This document shows positions 38,901 to 52,820 of a stretch of DNA of 64,000 bases, piece after piece. The stretch is taken from assembly GCF_009914755.1 (NCBI RefSeq), contig NC_060947.1. One strand, written 5' to 3'. Position numbers and translations under genes: made by a program. The stretch is from the human T2T-CHM13v2.0 reference genome, Homo sapiens. How positions within the stretch are numbered: the first letter of the stretch is position 1; every line of letters starts with the position of its first letter. The notes below the pieces were generated by a model, which saw nothing but the letters and a program-made list of their open reading frames with translations, was not told the DNA's origin and ran no database searches.

Positions 38901-41900
38901 TGGTTAAATGTATGTCAATTTTGTTTAACTTTAAAAAAACACAACTTTTTGATTTATCTATCTTTATTTCAACTTTATATTTCTGCTCTGATCATTATTT
39001 CTTTTCTCATACTGATTTCGGGTTTGGTTTCCTCTTGCTTGTCTAGTTCTTTAAGATGTATCATTAGATCACTCATTTGAAGTTTTTTCTCTTTTTTGAT
39101 GTAGGCACTTATAGCTATAAACTTTCCTCTTAGTACTGCTTTTGTTGCATTCCATAGGTTTTGGCATGTGTGTTTCATCATTTGTCTCAAGACATTTTTT
39201 AATTTTCTTATTAATTTCTTCATTGACCCACTGGTCATCCAGGAGCATATAGTTTAATTCCCATGTATTTGTATAGTTTCCAAAATTCCTGTTGTTACTA
39301 ATTTCTAGTTTTATTCCATTGTGCTTAGAGAAGATGTGTGGTATTATTTCAGTTTTTTAAAATATTTTAAGACTTGTTCTATGACCTAATATATGGTCTA
39401 TGCTTGAGAATGATTTGTGTGCTGAGGAAAAGAATGTGTACTCTGAAGCTATTGAATGAAATGTTCTCTAAATATCTATTAGATCCATTTGGTCTATAGT
39501 TCAGATTAAGTCCAATGTTTATTTGTTGATTTTTCTGTCTGAAAGATCTAGCCAATGCTGAATGTCAGCTGTTGAGGTCTCCAGCTATTGAGGTCTTCAG
39601 CTATTATTGTATTGGGGTCTATCTCTCTCTTTAGCTCCAATAATATTTGCTTTATATATCTTGGTGCTCCAGTGTTGGGTGCATATATATTTACAATTGT
39701 TACATCTTCTAGATTAATGATCCCCTTATCATTATATATTGACCTTCTTTGTCTCTTATAGTTTTTATCTTGAAATCTATTTTGTCTGATATGAGAATTG
39801 TGACTCCTGCTCCTTTTTGGTTTCCAGTGGCATGGAATACCTTTTTTCTATCCCTCTATTTTCCGTCCATGTGTGCCTTTATAGGTGAAGTGGGTTTTTT
39901 GTAGGCAACAGATCAATGGGTCTTTTTTTTTTATTTATTCAGCCAGTTTATGCCTTTCAATTGGAGAGTTTAGTCCATTTACATTGAATGTTATTATTGA
40001 TAAGTAACTCTTAAGTTATTATTGATAAGTAACTCAAGTTATAATTGATAACTTACTCTTGCTTTTTTGTTATATATTTTCTCATTGTTTTATGATCTTC
40101 TCTTCCTTCTTTCTTGCCTTCCTGCCTTTCTGTAGTGAAGATGATTTTCTCTGGTGATATGATTTAGTTTCCTGCTTCTTTATTTTTTGTGTATCCATTG
40201 CATGTTTTTGGCTCTGAGGTTACCATGAGGCTTGCAAATACTATCTCATAACCCATTATTTTAACTTAATAAAAACAACATTATTTGCATAAACAAACAA
40301 GCAAAAAGAAAACTCATACACACTTTACACCTTAACTTAGTTCTCTCACTTTTTAACATTTTGTTGTTTCTATTTATATCTTATTGTACTGGTTATGCCT
40401 TAAAAAGTTGTCATGGTTAATATTTTTGATTGGCTTATCTTTGAGTCTTTCCACTTAGGATAAGAGTAGTTTATGTACCAAAATTATAAAGTTACAAAAT
40501 TCTTTGTTTTTCTGTGTACTTACTATTACCAGTGAGTTTTGTACCTCCAGGTGATTATTTATTGCTCATTAATGTCCTTTTCTTTCTGAATGAAGTACTC
40601 CCTTTAACATTTCTTGTAAGAGAGGTCTGGTGTTGATGAAATGTTTCAGCTATTGTTTGTCTGGGAAAATCTTTATTTCTCATTCATATTTGAAGGATGA
40701 TTGCTGAATTTCCTATTCTAAGGTAAATAATTTTTTTTTTCTTCAGCACTTTAAATATGTCATGCCACTCTCTCCTGGCCTGTAAGGTTTCCACTGAAAA
40801 GTCTCCTCATGCCCAGACAGATGTATTGGAATTCTATTGTATGTTCTTTGTCTCTTTTGCTTGATGCTTTTAGGATCCTTTTGTTATCCTTGTTTTTTGA
40901 GAATTTGATTACTAAATGCCTTGTGGTAGTTTTTGAGTTAAATATGCTTCACATGATATATTCTTCTTGTACTTGGATATTGATATATTTCTCTAGGTTT
41001 GGGGAGTTCTCTGTTATTTCCCTTTGAATGAACTTTCCACTCCTATCTCTTTCTGTGCCTCTTCTTTAAGCCCAATAACTTAGATTTGCCCTTTTGAGGC
41101 TGTTATCTGGATCCCATAGGTGTGCTTCATTGTTTTTTATTTTTCCATTGTCTCCTTTGAGTGTGTATTTTCAAATAACCTGTTTTTAGCTCACTAATTC
41201 TTTCTTTGGCTTCATTCATTCTGCTTTTAAAGGACTCTGATGCATTATTCAGTATGCCAATTGCATTTTTCAGCTCCAGGATTTCTGTTTGATTCATTTA
41301 ATTATTTTAATCTCCTTGTTAAATTCATGTGATAGAATTCTAAATTCCTTCTCTGTGTTATCTTGAATTTCAGTTTCCTCAACAAAGCTATTTTAAGTTA
41401 TTTGTCTGAAAAGTGACATATCTCTGTTTCTCCAGGATTGGTCCCTGGTACATTATTTAGTTCATTTAGTGAGGTCATGTTTTCCTGGATGATGCTGATG
41501 CTAGTAGATGCTGTTTGATGTCTGGGCATTGAGGAGTAAGGTATTTATTGTAGTCTTCACTGTCTGGCCTTAATTGTAGCTGTCCTTCTTCAGGTGGCTT
41601 TTTAGATATTTGAAAGGACTTGGGTATTTTGATCTAAGCTGTGTCTGCTTTAGGGGTCACCCCAAGCCCAGTAACACCATAGTATTTGCAGACTTGTAGA
41701 GGTACCTCCTTAATACTCTTGGGCAAGAATTGGGATACTTCTCTGGATTATCAGGCAAAGACTCTTATTCTCTTCCCTCACTTTCTGTCCAACATACAGT
41801 CTCTCCTCTGTTCTGAGCCACCTAAAGCTGGGGGTGGAGTGACATAAGCACCCCTGTGGCTATAACTACTATGACTATACTGGGTCAAACCTGAAGCCAG

Positions 41901-43538
41901 CACAACACTGGTTCTCAGTCAAGTCCTGCTGTAACCACTCCCTGGCTATTGCCTATGTTCACTCAAGGCCCTGGGGCTCTACAATTAGCAGGTGGCAAAG
42001 CCATCCAGGCCTATATCCTTCCCTTCATGGTGGTGAGGTCACCCAGGATCTGGATGTGTCCCAGACGTGCCACCCAGGAGTCAGGGACTACAGTCAAAAA
42101 CCTTAGAAGTCTACCTGGTGTTCTATTGCACTGTAGCTGAGTTGGCACTCTAACAACAAGATGCAGTTCTTCTCAATATTCCCTTCCCTTTTCAAAGGCA
42201 GAGGAGCCTTACCCCATAGCAACCACCACCTCAGGCCAGCGAGGGTACTGCCAGATTACTGCTGATGTTCCCTTAAGGCTCAAGGTCTCTTAATTCAGCT
42301 TGTGGTGAATGCTGCCTGGTCTGGGATTCACCCTTCAGGGCAGTGGACTCCCCTCTGTCCCAAGGCAGGTCCAAAAATGCTGTCCAAGAGTCAAGTCCTG
42401 GAATAGAGGAACCCAGGAGTCTGCCTGGTGCTCTACCCTCATGGGCTGTGCTGGTACCTAAGGTGCAAGTCAAAGTTCCCTTTACTTTTCTCTCTGCTTT
42501 TCTCAAGCAGAAGGAGTTTTGCCCAGTACTCACCACAGATGGTAATGTACTGAGTCTTACCTGAAGCCAGCATGTCTCAAAGGCTCATCCAAAGCCCTCG
42601 ATGTAGTATCTGGGTATCACTGCTTCTTATTCAGGGTCCAAGGTCTCTTCAGTTAACGGGTGATGAATGCTTCCAGCTCTGGATCCTTTCCTTCAAAGGC
42701 ACTGGGTTCTCTTCTGGCCCAGAATGTGTCTATAAATGTTGTATGGGAGCTAGGGCCTGGAATAGGGTCCTCACGACTCTGACCAGTGCCCTATCCTGCT
42801 GTGGCTGAGCTGGTATCCTAGATGCAAGACAAAGTCCTCCCCACTCTTCCCTCTCCTCTCTTCAAGTGGAAAAAAGGGGTCTCTTTTGTAGACTCAAGCT
42901 GTGCAACTAGGGATTAGGGGAGGAGTGATGCCAGCACTCCCTTGGCTGCCCCAGCTGGTGTCTCATTATGTCACGTGCCCCCATAGTCTACTGTCTCTGG
43001 GCCTAGTTCAGCCTTAGGACTCACCTAAGTGTTGCAGTCATTATGGTCTATTCTGTCTTTCAAGTTTACTTGGAGACACAGAGTTCTGTAACCCTGGGTG
43101 GCGAGGTTTGCAAGCACTCATGTTTGAACTGCTGGGATGGGCAATTCGCTTCTGGCTAGGGCTGGTCTAAATGCTCCCTCCATGGTCAGGCATCACCTGA
43201 GTTTGGCCTGGGTTTTCTTTCCGCTCTAACAGTATAGCACTGAGTTCAGTGCCTCACACTTACTGTGTTCTCCCTCTCCCAGTGTTCAGAGAGGCTCTTT
43301 GCAGCATACCTCTGCTGCTAGGGATGGGGAGGGGTGGTGTCAGTGATTTCAGACTGTTTTTTCTCTATCTTTTCAGTGCCTCTTTCAATGATATGAAGTT
43401 GAAACCAAGTACTATGGGTTCTCACCTAATTTTTGGTTCTCATTAAGGTGTTTTCCTGTGTAGACAGTTGTTAACTTTATGTCTTTGTTGGGAGGATGAT
43501 AAGTGGATCTTTCTATTCCACCATTTTGCTCCACCTCC
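35903..43538 (-). mobile_element. Full-length L1MA1/L1MA2-like element (about 7.6 kb), decayed
   Basis: 3' end ttttgtgggtacatattaggtgtatatatttatggggtacatgaga; long inter-ORF spacer and 5'UTR ending ttctattccaccattttgctccacctcc; degraded TSD ttatttgttctt / taattggttctt. Confidence 0.9.
39990..40058. repeat. Three tandem copies of a 21-bp unit (gttattattgataagtaactc)
   Basis: Copies at 39990-40010, 40015-40035 and 40038-40058 (third diverged). Confidence 0.9.
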
Positions 43539-46500
43539 TAATTGGTTCTTATTCTGATTTCTTAAGTTGGTAATGAAGGTCATTAATTTTATTTTTTCTT
43601 TTCTGATACAGATATTTAAAGCTATAAATTTCTTTCTAAGGTGTATTTAGCTGCATCGTACAATTTTTGATATGTTGTTTTATTAGCATTCTTTTAAAAA
43701 TATTTTCTAATCTTTCTCATGACTTCTTCTTTGATGAGATTTTTTAATAGTGTTTTATATAATTTCAAAACATTTGGGGACTCTGTGTATTTTGCTGTTA
43801 TTGGTTTCTATTTTAATCACTGGGTGCTCAGAGAACATAGTCTGTATAATATCCATCCTTAAAAATGTATCAGGAATTGTTTTGTGGCCCAACATATAAC
43901 CTATACTGGTAAAAATTCTTTAGACAAATGTGTATTTTGCCGTTAATGGGTCTGATAGTCTGCACATGTCAATTAGGTCAAATTGTTGATGATGTTGTTT
44001 CAGTCTTCCATATGTTTTCTAATTTTTTTCTGTAAATGTTCTATAAATTACTGAGAAAAATGATGTTAAAGTCTCTACATTTGTAAATTTTTCAACACTT
44101 TATTTCTGATGAGTTTGCTTCATATATTTGGGGACTTTGCCTTTAGGTGCAACACATATAGGATGGTTATCTCTTCTTGATAATTCATCTCTTTTATCAT
44201 TGTAAAATGACCTTCTTTATCTCTAGTAATTCTCTTCATCATGAGTTCTACTTTGTCTGATATTAATATAGCCATAACATCATTCGTATGCTTAGAGTTT
44301 GCATGGAATACTTTTTTCCATCCTTCCATTTTCAGCTTTTTATGTATTTACGTTTAAAACATATATCAAGTAAAAAACATAAGTAAGAAACCTAAAGTAA
44401 GTAGGATCTTACTTTATCATCCAGTTTGATGATAGCAGGAGTTTTGCCCAGTAGCCACCACAGTTGGTAATATACTGATGTCTTGCCTTTTAACTGGGGT
44501 GTTTAGTCTATTTGCATTTAATATAATTATTGATACTTTTTATTTAAGTCTACCATGTTGGCATTTGATTTCTATTTGCCTCATCTGCCCTTTATTTTTC
44601 TGTCCTTACTTTCCTAATCTTTTTTGGCTTAATCAAATTTAAATGTTTTAGTGTATTTCCCCTATTGACAATTTAGTTATTCTCCTTTGTATTATTTTTA
44701 ATAATTATTACAGAGATTACAATACATATTTAACTTATCACAGTCTACATTCAAAATATATTACTACATGAAATATTCAATAACTTTAAGAAGTATATTT
44801 CAATTACTGCTTTCCCATCCTTTGGGTTATTATCATATATTTCATTTTCATATATGCCATAAACTGCACTTTCTTTGTCATTATTTTTACATTAAATAGC
44901 CAATAGTTTTTAAGACATTAAATAATACATATGTATAAAAATACAAATAAATGTTTAGAAATGTACTCATATTTATTGACCAATTTATTCTTCTTGATAC
45001 TTTTTATTTCTTTCTGAAAAGTTAGGTTTCTATGTGATATTATTTCCTTTCAGCCTATTTAACTTCATTTAATATTTCTTACAGTGCAGGTTTGTGAGAG
45101 ATGAATTCTGCCAACTTGCTCTATCTAAAATGTCCATATTTCACCTCCATTTTTAAAAGATTATTTTGTCCTTCATTATTTCTGATAAGAAACCAGCTGT
45201 CATTCTTATCATTGTTCTCTTATATGTAATGCTACTGTATTCTCTGGCTACTTTCATGATTTTCTATTTTCCCTTGGTCTTCAGAATTTGACTATGATGT
45301 CTGTAAGTGCATGCTGCATATTTATCTTGCTTGAGATTTGTGGAGCTTCTTGGATTTGTTGTTTGGTATCCTTTTTTAATGTTCAAAAATTTCAGTCGTT
45401 ATCCCTTCAAAAATGTTTATGCTCTACTCTCGCTCTTTCCTTTCCTCCCAAAGCTCCAATTATATATAGGCTAAATCATTTGATATTGCCCTAAAATCTC
45501 TGATGTGTATTTTTTTTTCTTTATTCTGTTTCTGTGTAATATCTTTGATTCAGTTTGGATAATTTCTATCTCTGAGGCAGCATAAGATCTGTGTTTGAGT
45601 TCACTAAGCCTTTTCTGTTACGTTCGGTAGTCTTCTATTTCAATGACTTCCTTATTTTAGATATACATTTTTTTAGTTCTAAAATTTCCATCTTGTCCTT
45701 TTCAGGATTTCCTTTTCTCTGTTGAATTTTTACATTTCTTTACAGTTTTCCACTTTTTTCTCTAATTTATAAAACATATTTATAATAACTATTTTAAATT
45801 TTCCTCCTGTTAATTCCAATAGCTGGATAATTTCTAGGTCTCCTAATGAATTTGGTTTTAGTATTGTGGTTCACATTTTCTGATTTTTCACAGGTCTATG
45901 AATTGTTTTATTGTATGCTGGACATTGTGAATTACATGCTGTAGAAACTCTGAATTAGGTTATCTTCTTTCAGGATTAAGGTTTTTTTTGTTTTGTTTTG
46001 TTTTTGTTAGTTTGTTTGTTTTTCTGGAAGGCACTGAAATTACTGCTGAATCTCCTGGATCTTGTCAAGGCCTGGTTTTAGGCTTCATTTGGGGGTGGAA
46101 GGCAGCTATTTTTATTTTTCCCCCAGACTTATAATGCTTAATCCTAGTTTGTAGTTCTTATTCCTAATGTGTGGCCTTTCTCAGGTCTCAAGTGACTGCC
46201 TAGTGTGTTCACCAAGGTCTCTTCATTCTGGAGGGTTCAGAACTCTAAAATATCCTCAGTGCTATGTACATTATGAAATTTCCATTCAGCTCCCAGACTC
46301 CTAATAAGGATTCTCTGCTAGGCCTCATAGAGTTCTAACCTAAACATGAAGAGCTGAAGATTTGGTCAAGGAAACAAAAAGCATTCTTACACAAATTCCT
46401 TTAACCCCCTAATTTCCAGTAACTTCCCTACAAATTTTAGTCAACTTAGCAGCTCATAATTCTGATCTCTCTTTCTTTCACTCCACAAGACTGCTGCTTT

Positions 46501-46660
46501 CTGCCTGGGCTCCATTTCCCTGCACTGGAATTTGGAAATTTCCCACAGGCAGAAAGCCAAGGAGTATGTGAAAGTCAAATTGTATGTTTCTCCTCTGCTG
46601 AGCATAGCAGACCTGTATGTTCACTATCAAATGCTTAAAAACTATTACTTTTTATATTTT

Positions 46661-48797
46661 GTCATTTGTCAAGGAAGTATCTTGAGTGGTACAAAAAACC
46701 TCTTGAGAAGGAATTTGTCCATACACACAGGAATCAGTGTTGAAGACATTTATAAAATTAGAACATTTTAATTAGAGTAAACTGTCCAACAGATTTCTCA
46801 GCATTTTCTCTGAGGACCTAGGAACTTCCAGAAAGGATCCAGTGTTACTCAGTGTACTTTTAGTTGCTGTACCAATTCACTATGCATTTTATCCTAAGTG
46901 ATAGAAAAACAAGAGATTTAGCATTTCATTAAGTCCTCACAACATGTATAAATTTATACCCTGTGAGCTTATAAAAAATTATGAGTGCTCTATGGACAAG
47001 GCACTTATCTGCCAGTCCAACTCCTGTGTCCAGCTTTAGGAGTTGAGTAACTCCTTGATATTCTTGTTATCAGGCATGTCTTGGTAAAATGAACTTGCCC
47101 AGGTGTATCAAGCATCAGATGATACTACTGCAAAAATCTATAAGAGCATTCTCAATAAGGAATCTTCCCAATTAAGTACCTGCCATGGATTCAAGTTGCC
47201 ATCTTCTCTGGAAGTTTTCAGGGTTTCACAAAGACTCTGCATCTGATGGCTCCAGGTTTGATAATATATTCCAATAATATCTGATGACATTATTTCAAGT
47301 CTTGTTTAGTTAAATCAAACACAAGAAACAACTAAATAAAATGTCCATCTTTCCAATGTTACTTTCTTAGGCAACTGGCAACTTCTTTACCCCTTCGTAC
47401 CTTTCTGCAGCAAGAGGAGATGCAGGGGAGTCCATTCCCTTAAAAATGCAAGATCTAGAGCTGAGCACAGTGGTGTGCACCTGTAGTCTAAGCTACTACG
47501 GAGGCTGAGGCAGGAGAATTGCTTGAGTCCAGGAGTTTGAGGCTGCAGTATGTGATGATTGTACCTGTGAATAGTCACTGCACACCAGCCTGGACTATAC
47601 TGTGAGACCCTCAACTCCCTAAAATAAGGATGCATAAGCTTCCCTGGGGCAACTCAATCTTTACTGTGTTTTTCTTCCATAAAAGTCAAAAATTTCTGAG
47701 TCACTTCATTGTCTACTGAGAAAAAAAGTGTGTGGTTTGAAGCTTATCAGAAATAGCTAATGGACAAATTCTAGGCTGCTAAGAAATTATTGGCTTCCAT
47801 GTATGGAGTGAACATCAACCACCTCTTTTTATTATTTCCTCTTAACCCCAAAAAGTCACTACCAACATTTCCACTTGCTTGAAACTCAAGAGCAAGATTA
47901 TCTATATATAAGAATTCTGTATAAATTTTTGAGACAACTCTGTTGTAACAGAAATCAAGAATAACCACAAGTAGCTTTATGGCTATGTCTTTATTATTTG
48001 TACTATTCTCAAGTCTCTCTGAGGATTACTTTCCAAACCAGAGAGATATATTCTTTATATCATGTCAGTAGGTAAAACACATTAGAGTCCCTTGCTGAGT
48101 TTCTAAGAGCATACTAATTGAATGCTGGTATCCTGAACTGTCTGCCCCTGCAAATTCTAGGTTATATTGAGTCATATCCATAGGAAATTTTAATGCTGAA
48201 AGATCTCCTAGACTCACCTCTTTAGGCTGGTTGAATTTCATGTTTAACTGAAAGGGATCTCAGATTAGCCTGGGTCTTGAACTGGATCAGGAGGGGGCAT
48301 CCACAAGAGAACCACTCCAGAAATGTAAGCTGTTCAAAACTGTCAAGATGAGTTATCTGTTCATAAGGAATTCATTGTATGGAGGAATTGTATTTTTCAA
48401 GAAGGCAGTTTTCATGTTAACTTGACCATGCTAAATGTAGCATATCCAAAATCTGTTTGCATGAAAACCTCAGACAGAAGCACTTTCTGATGTCCTGGAA
48501 TTGATTCTGATATTTAAAAGACTGTAAAAGAGTACAGCCTGACAAGCTTCTTGACATAACTGGTTAAGGAACCTACTTTTTCATGGTGGATATGGGAGAG
48601 GAATGGACAAGCAGAGGGATCAGGAAGACTTAGATAATAATCCATATTGATTTTGCAGGGCCATACTAGGGTAAGACTTTTTTCATTGATCTAGTCTTCC
48701 TCTCAAGATGTCTCAAGGAGGTCCCAGGACCACCACCAACCTCTCTATGTTAGTTGTTTTCAATAAAATATCAAAAAGCATTACTGTTTCTGATGAT
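46661..48797 (+). mobile_element. Decayed Ty3/Gypsy pol, part 1: protease C-terminus, RT, RNase H, integrase zinc-finger and first half of the core
   Basis: Manual translation gives colinear motifs NLLRRN..GISVEDIYKI (46697-46759), FSEDLGT (46806), NYECSMDKAL (46977), ELAQVYQ (47091), PGLIIYSNNI (YxDD position 47267-47278), VTFLG (47358), ASLGQLNLYCVFLP (47638), HK*LYG..KSL*GLL (47966-48031), TERDLRLAWVLNWIRRGHP (48247), DELSVHK (48347), CPGIDSDI*KTVKE (48491), IHIDFAGP (48640-48663), ITVSD (48780-48794). Confidence 0.9.
47459..47627 (+). mobile_element. FAM (fossil Alu monomer) inserted in the Gypsy RT
   Basis: Single monomer with the 7SL-like segment cctgtgaatagtcactgcacaccagcctgg. Confidence 0.85.
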
Positions 48798-49018
48798 GTG
48801 GCCTACACATTGAGATCTTAAGTTTGTTCCACTGTTTAGAAGATAAAAGTAACTTCAGGAAATTTTGTGTTCAAAATCTTCAAACCATTGTGTTTGAATG
48901 GTTGAAAGGTTGAAAAGAAAAAAAAAAATGACCATGATTTCCTACCCTAACTCACCCACAGATAGAAAACAGTTATCTTTAATATTTTGGTGTATTTCTT
49001 TCTTATTTTTTTCATGCC

Positions 49019-49324
<306 letters not shown>

Positions 49325-49595
49325 TGAATGCTCTTAAAAGCATTAAGACGGTTTTTAAAATTAAATGTTTTGGTGCATGGTAAAGCACTTCCAAGCTACT
49401 CAGAAGTCTCTAAAATAAAAGGTAAATTTTTATTTATTCATTTCCACCCCTGGCTTGAGTCCCACAGATAGAGATAACACTTATACTAGTTTCTACTTTT
49501 CAGGTGGTTTCAAATTTAGCGTTCGACAATGTGTTTATGCTTTTCTTTCTTGGTGTTTTAGATAGCATCTATTGACTCCTTTCCATTCAGGAGAT

Positions 49596-49840
49596 GTTAG
49601 TGGTTAACAGTATAGATTTTGAAGCCTGACTGCCTGGGTTTGAATGCTGGTTCTCCTACTTCCTGGTGTGTGGCCTTGAGCAATTTTTTTTAATCTCTCT
49701 AAGCCTCAGTTTTCTCAAAAGTAAAAATGAAGATAATAACAGTACCTACCTCACAGTGTTGTTGTGAAGATTTTATGAGTTGATACTTGTAAGATGTTTA
49801 TGATAGTATTTATATGGGCTCAGTAAATTTTATTTTTATT
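49596..49840 (+). mobile_element. MIR SINE
   Basis: Core ctgcctgggtttgaatgctgg..aatctctctaagcctcagttttctc..aaaatgaagataataacagtacctacctcacag. Confidence 0.9.
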
Positions 49841-50165
49841 AAATTTGAAAGATGAAAATTTTAGCTCACTTTCATGGCTTTCTATTTTTATTTTACTTCC
49901 TCTTATTTGCTATATTATGTATTTTAATAGATTTCAATAATAAATTAAACATATATTTCTTATTTCAACTTTAGACAGTATCAATTTACCCTGAATGTGA
50001 GATATAAAAGATAATGAAATAATCATCCTTTTAATTATCTTCACTCTCCTATCTCCTCCCACTTTCCCACTTATGTTAACTATATTTTTACTTTCATGTG
50101 ATCAAGTTGCTTAATATTTATATTATTTTGAAACTATAATTAAATCTTTTGTGTTTCTTTTAGAT

Positions 50166-50405
50166 CTTTGCTATTCAAAGTTTGGTTCTTCCACCAAAAG
50201 CCTTGGACTTGGGAACCTGGGCCCTTAGTAGAAATGCAGAATCTCAGGCCATACCTCAGATTTGCTGAATCAAAATCTGGATTTAACAAGGTCCCAGGTG
50301 ATTCTTATGCTCATGGAAGTTTAGGAAGACTGCTTTAGAGTGGTAGTTCTCAACATGACTGTTTCCCAGATGATTCTAATATACAAGTAGGAGCGAGAAC
50401 CATAG
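50166..50405. mobile_element. MER5-type hAT DNA transposon remnants
   Basis: tagaaatgcagaatctcaggcc..ctcaga..gctgaatcaaaatctg..tttaacaag..ccaggtgattctta, plus an adjacent partial copy. Confidence 0.8.
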
Positions 50406-50652
50406 GTTGTAGACAATCATTATGTGGATCTAAAGTTACCTCAAATTCTCCTCTGATGAACACTCATGTCCCCATTCCCTTGGAGCATTTCTACTGAGGC
50501 AGGTAGTTTACTGTCTTCAGAATGCAGAGGCAATTTTCAGGCTTAATCCTTTTGGCAAGTCTAAGTTGTCAAACACCCTTTGCTCTGAATGGGAGGGAGG
50601 GCAGTAGGTAGAAATAGTAACTCTATTGGCCTATCATTCCTGAATGCAATTC

Positions 50653-52460
50653 TTTTTATTATTATTATACTTTAAGTTCTAGGGTACATGTGCAAAACGT
50701 GCAGGTTTGTTACATATCTATACATGTGCCAGGTTGGTGTGCTGCACGTATTAACTCGTCACTTACATTAGGTATATCTCCTAATGCTATCCCTCTCCCC
50801 TCCCCCCACCCCATAACAGGCCCCAGTGTGTGAGGTTCCCCTTCCTGTGTCCAAGTGTTCTCATTGTTCAATTCCCACCTATGAGTGAGAACATGCAGCG
50901 TTTGGTTTTTTGTCCTTGCAATAGTTTGCTGAGAATGATGGTTTCCGGCTTCATCCATGTCCCTACAAAGGACATGAATTCATCCTTTTTTATGGCTGCA
51001 TAGTATTCCATGGTGTATATGTGCCACATTTTCTTAATCCAGTCTATCATTGTTGGACATTTGGGTTGGTTCCAAGTCTTTACTATTGTGAATAGTGCCG
51101 CAATAAACATATGTGTGCATGTGTCTTTATAGCAGCATGATTTATAATCCTCTTGGTATATACCCAGTAATGGGATGGCTGGGTCAAATGGCATTTCTAG
51201 TTCTAGATCCTTGAGGAATCACCACACTGACTTCCACAATGGTTGAACTAGTTTACAGTCCCACCAACAGTGTAAAAGTGTTCCTATTTCTCCACATCCT
51301 CTCCAGCACCTGTTGTTTCCTGACTTTTTAATGATCACCATTCTAACTGGTGTGGGACGGTATCTCATTGTGGTTTTGATTTGCATTTCTCTGATGGCCA
51401 GTGATGATGAGCATTTTTTCATGTGTCTGTGGCTGCGTAAATGTCTTCTTTTGAGAAGTGTCTGTTCATATACTTTGCCCACTTTTTGATGGGGTTGTTT
51501 GCTTTTTTCTTGTAAATTTGTTTGAGTTCTTTGCAGATTCTGGATATTAGCCTTTCATCAGATGAGTAGATTGCAAAAATTTTCTCCCATTCTGTAGGTT
51601 GCCTGTTCACTCTGATGGTAGTTTCTTTTGCTGTGCAGAAGCCCTTTAGTTTAATTAGACCCCATTTGTCAATTTTGGCTTTCGTTGCCATTGCTTTTTA
51701 TGTTTTAGACATGAATTCCTTGCCCATGCCTATGTCCTGAATGGTATTGCCTAGGTTTTCTTCTAGGGTTTTTATGGTTTTATGTCTAACATTTAAGTCT
51801 TTAATCCATCTTGAATTAATTTTTGTATAAGGCGTAAGGAAGGGATCCAGTTTCAGGTTTCTACATATGGCTAGCCAGTTTTCCCAGCACCATTTATTAA
51901 ATAGGGAATCCTTTCCCCATTTCTTGTTTTTGTCAGATTTGTCAAAGATCAGATGGTTGTAGATGTGTGGCATTATTTCTGAGCACTCTGTTCTGTTCCA
52001 TTGGTCTATATCTCTGTTTTGGTACCAGTACCATGCTGCATTGGTTACTGTAGCCTTGTAGTCAGTTTGAAGTCAGGTAGTGTAGTGCCTCCAGCTTTGT
52101 TCTTTTGGCTTAGGATTGTCTTGGCAATGTGGGCTCTTTTTTGGTTCCACATGAATTTTAAAGTAGTTTTTTTCCAATTCTGTGAAGAAAGTCATTGGTA
52201 GCTTGATGGGGATCGCATTGAATCTATAAGTTACCTTGGGCAGTATGGCCATTTTCATGATATTGATTCTTCCTATCCATGAGCATAGAATGTTCTTCCA
52301 TTTGTTTGTGTCCTCTTTTATTTCATTGAGCAGTGGTTTGTAGTTATCCTTGAAGAAGTCCTTCACATCCCTTGTAAGTTGGATTCCTAGGTATTTTATT
52401 CTCTTTGAAGCAATTGTGAATGGGAGTTCACTCATGATTTGGCTCTCTGTTTGTCTGTTA
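50653..52460 (-). mobile_element. 5'-truncated L1PA5-like element (about 1.8 kb)
   Basis: 3'UTR agttctagggtacatgtg..cacttacattagg; ORF2 C-terminal ORFs 50868-52435; no TSD visible. Confidence 0.93.
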
Positions 52461-52780
52461 GTGAAAACTGCCTCATGGACTCCTTTGCTTTTGTATTTCT
52501 TGAGTCTAAGTTTAAAACTACTGTGAAGTTATCTTGGAAAAAAGACTCTTACTACCCTAGTTTTAGGTTGTAGATTTCCCTCCTCTATTTGTCCCATTAA
52601 TCAGATCCCATGTGCTTTCTCTCTTTAATGATTTCCTCAAACTTTCTGGGTTACTGCTGAATTCCTTTCTTGTTTCTAGCACTGTTATGGTTTAATACTA
52701 TTGAAAATATGTTTCCTTTCATTTCAATGAAACTATGGAAAGGAGAAGCAGTAAATACAAGTGCTCAGTCCACTATCTTT

Positions 52781-52820
52781 CATGGGAACACCTTTCTCAG
52801 CTGAATATAAGAAATTTGTG
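52781..52820 (+). mobile_element. Gypsy integrase core, part 2 (GTPFSAEYKKFV)
   Basis: Matches the segment that follows SDN in Gypsy integrases (GTAFTSAEFQEF); includes the left TSD of the L1PA2. Confidence 0.75.

Larger units (their letters stand above)
49350..52780 (-). mobile_element. HAL1-like (ancient L1-related) remnant, interrupted by MIR, MER5 and L1PA5
   Basis: Motifs ttttagatagcatctattgactcc, gaaagatgaaaattttagctc and tcaactttagacagtatc; 5'-end-like ..gtaaatacaagtgctcagtccactatcttt at 52751-52780. Confidence 0.6.

Noticed and set aside
46700-48660. APOBEC-type G-to-A hypermutation of the Gypsy copy (DD>NN, W>stop, G>R)
   Set aside because: Apparent C-to-T changes (Q>stop, H>Y, R>C) look similarly common, so symmetric GC-to-AT decay explains it; it cannot be tested without a consensus.
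48659-48670. 12-nt microexons (ttttgcag|..|gtaaga here, and 61155-61166)
   Set aside because: The first lies within the IHIDFAGPY*GK integrase motif; neither has support beyond short splice-like motifs.
48875-48920. SSNHCV*MVERLK as the integrase Glu region
   Set aside because: A much longer and better match continues at 52785 and 58888-59030, so this is likely chance.
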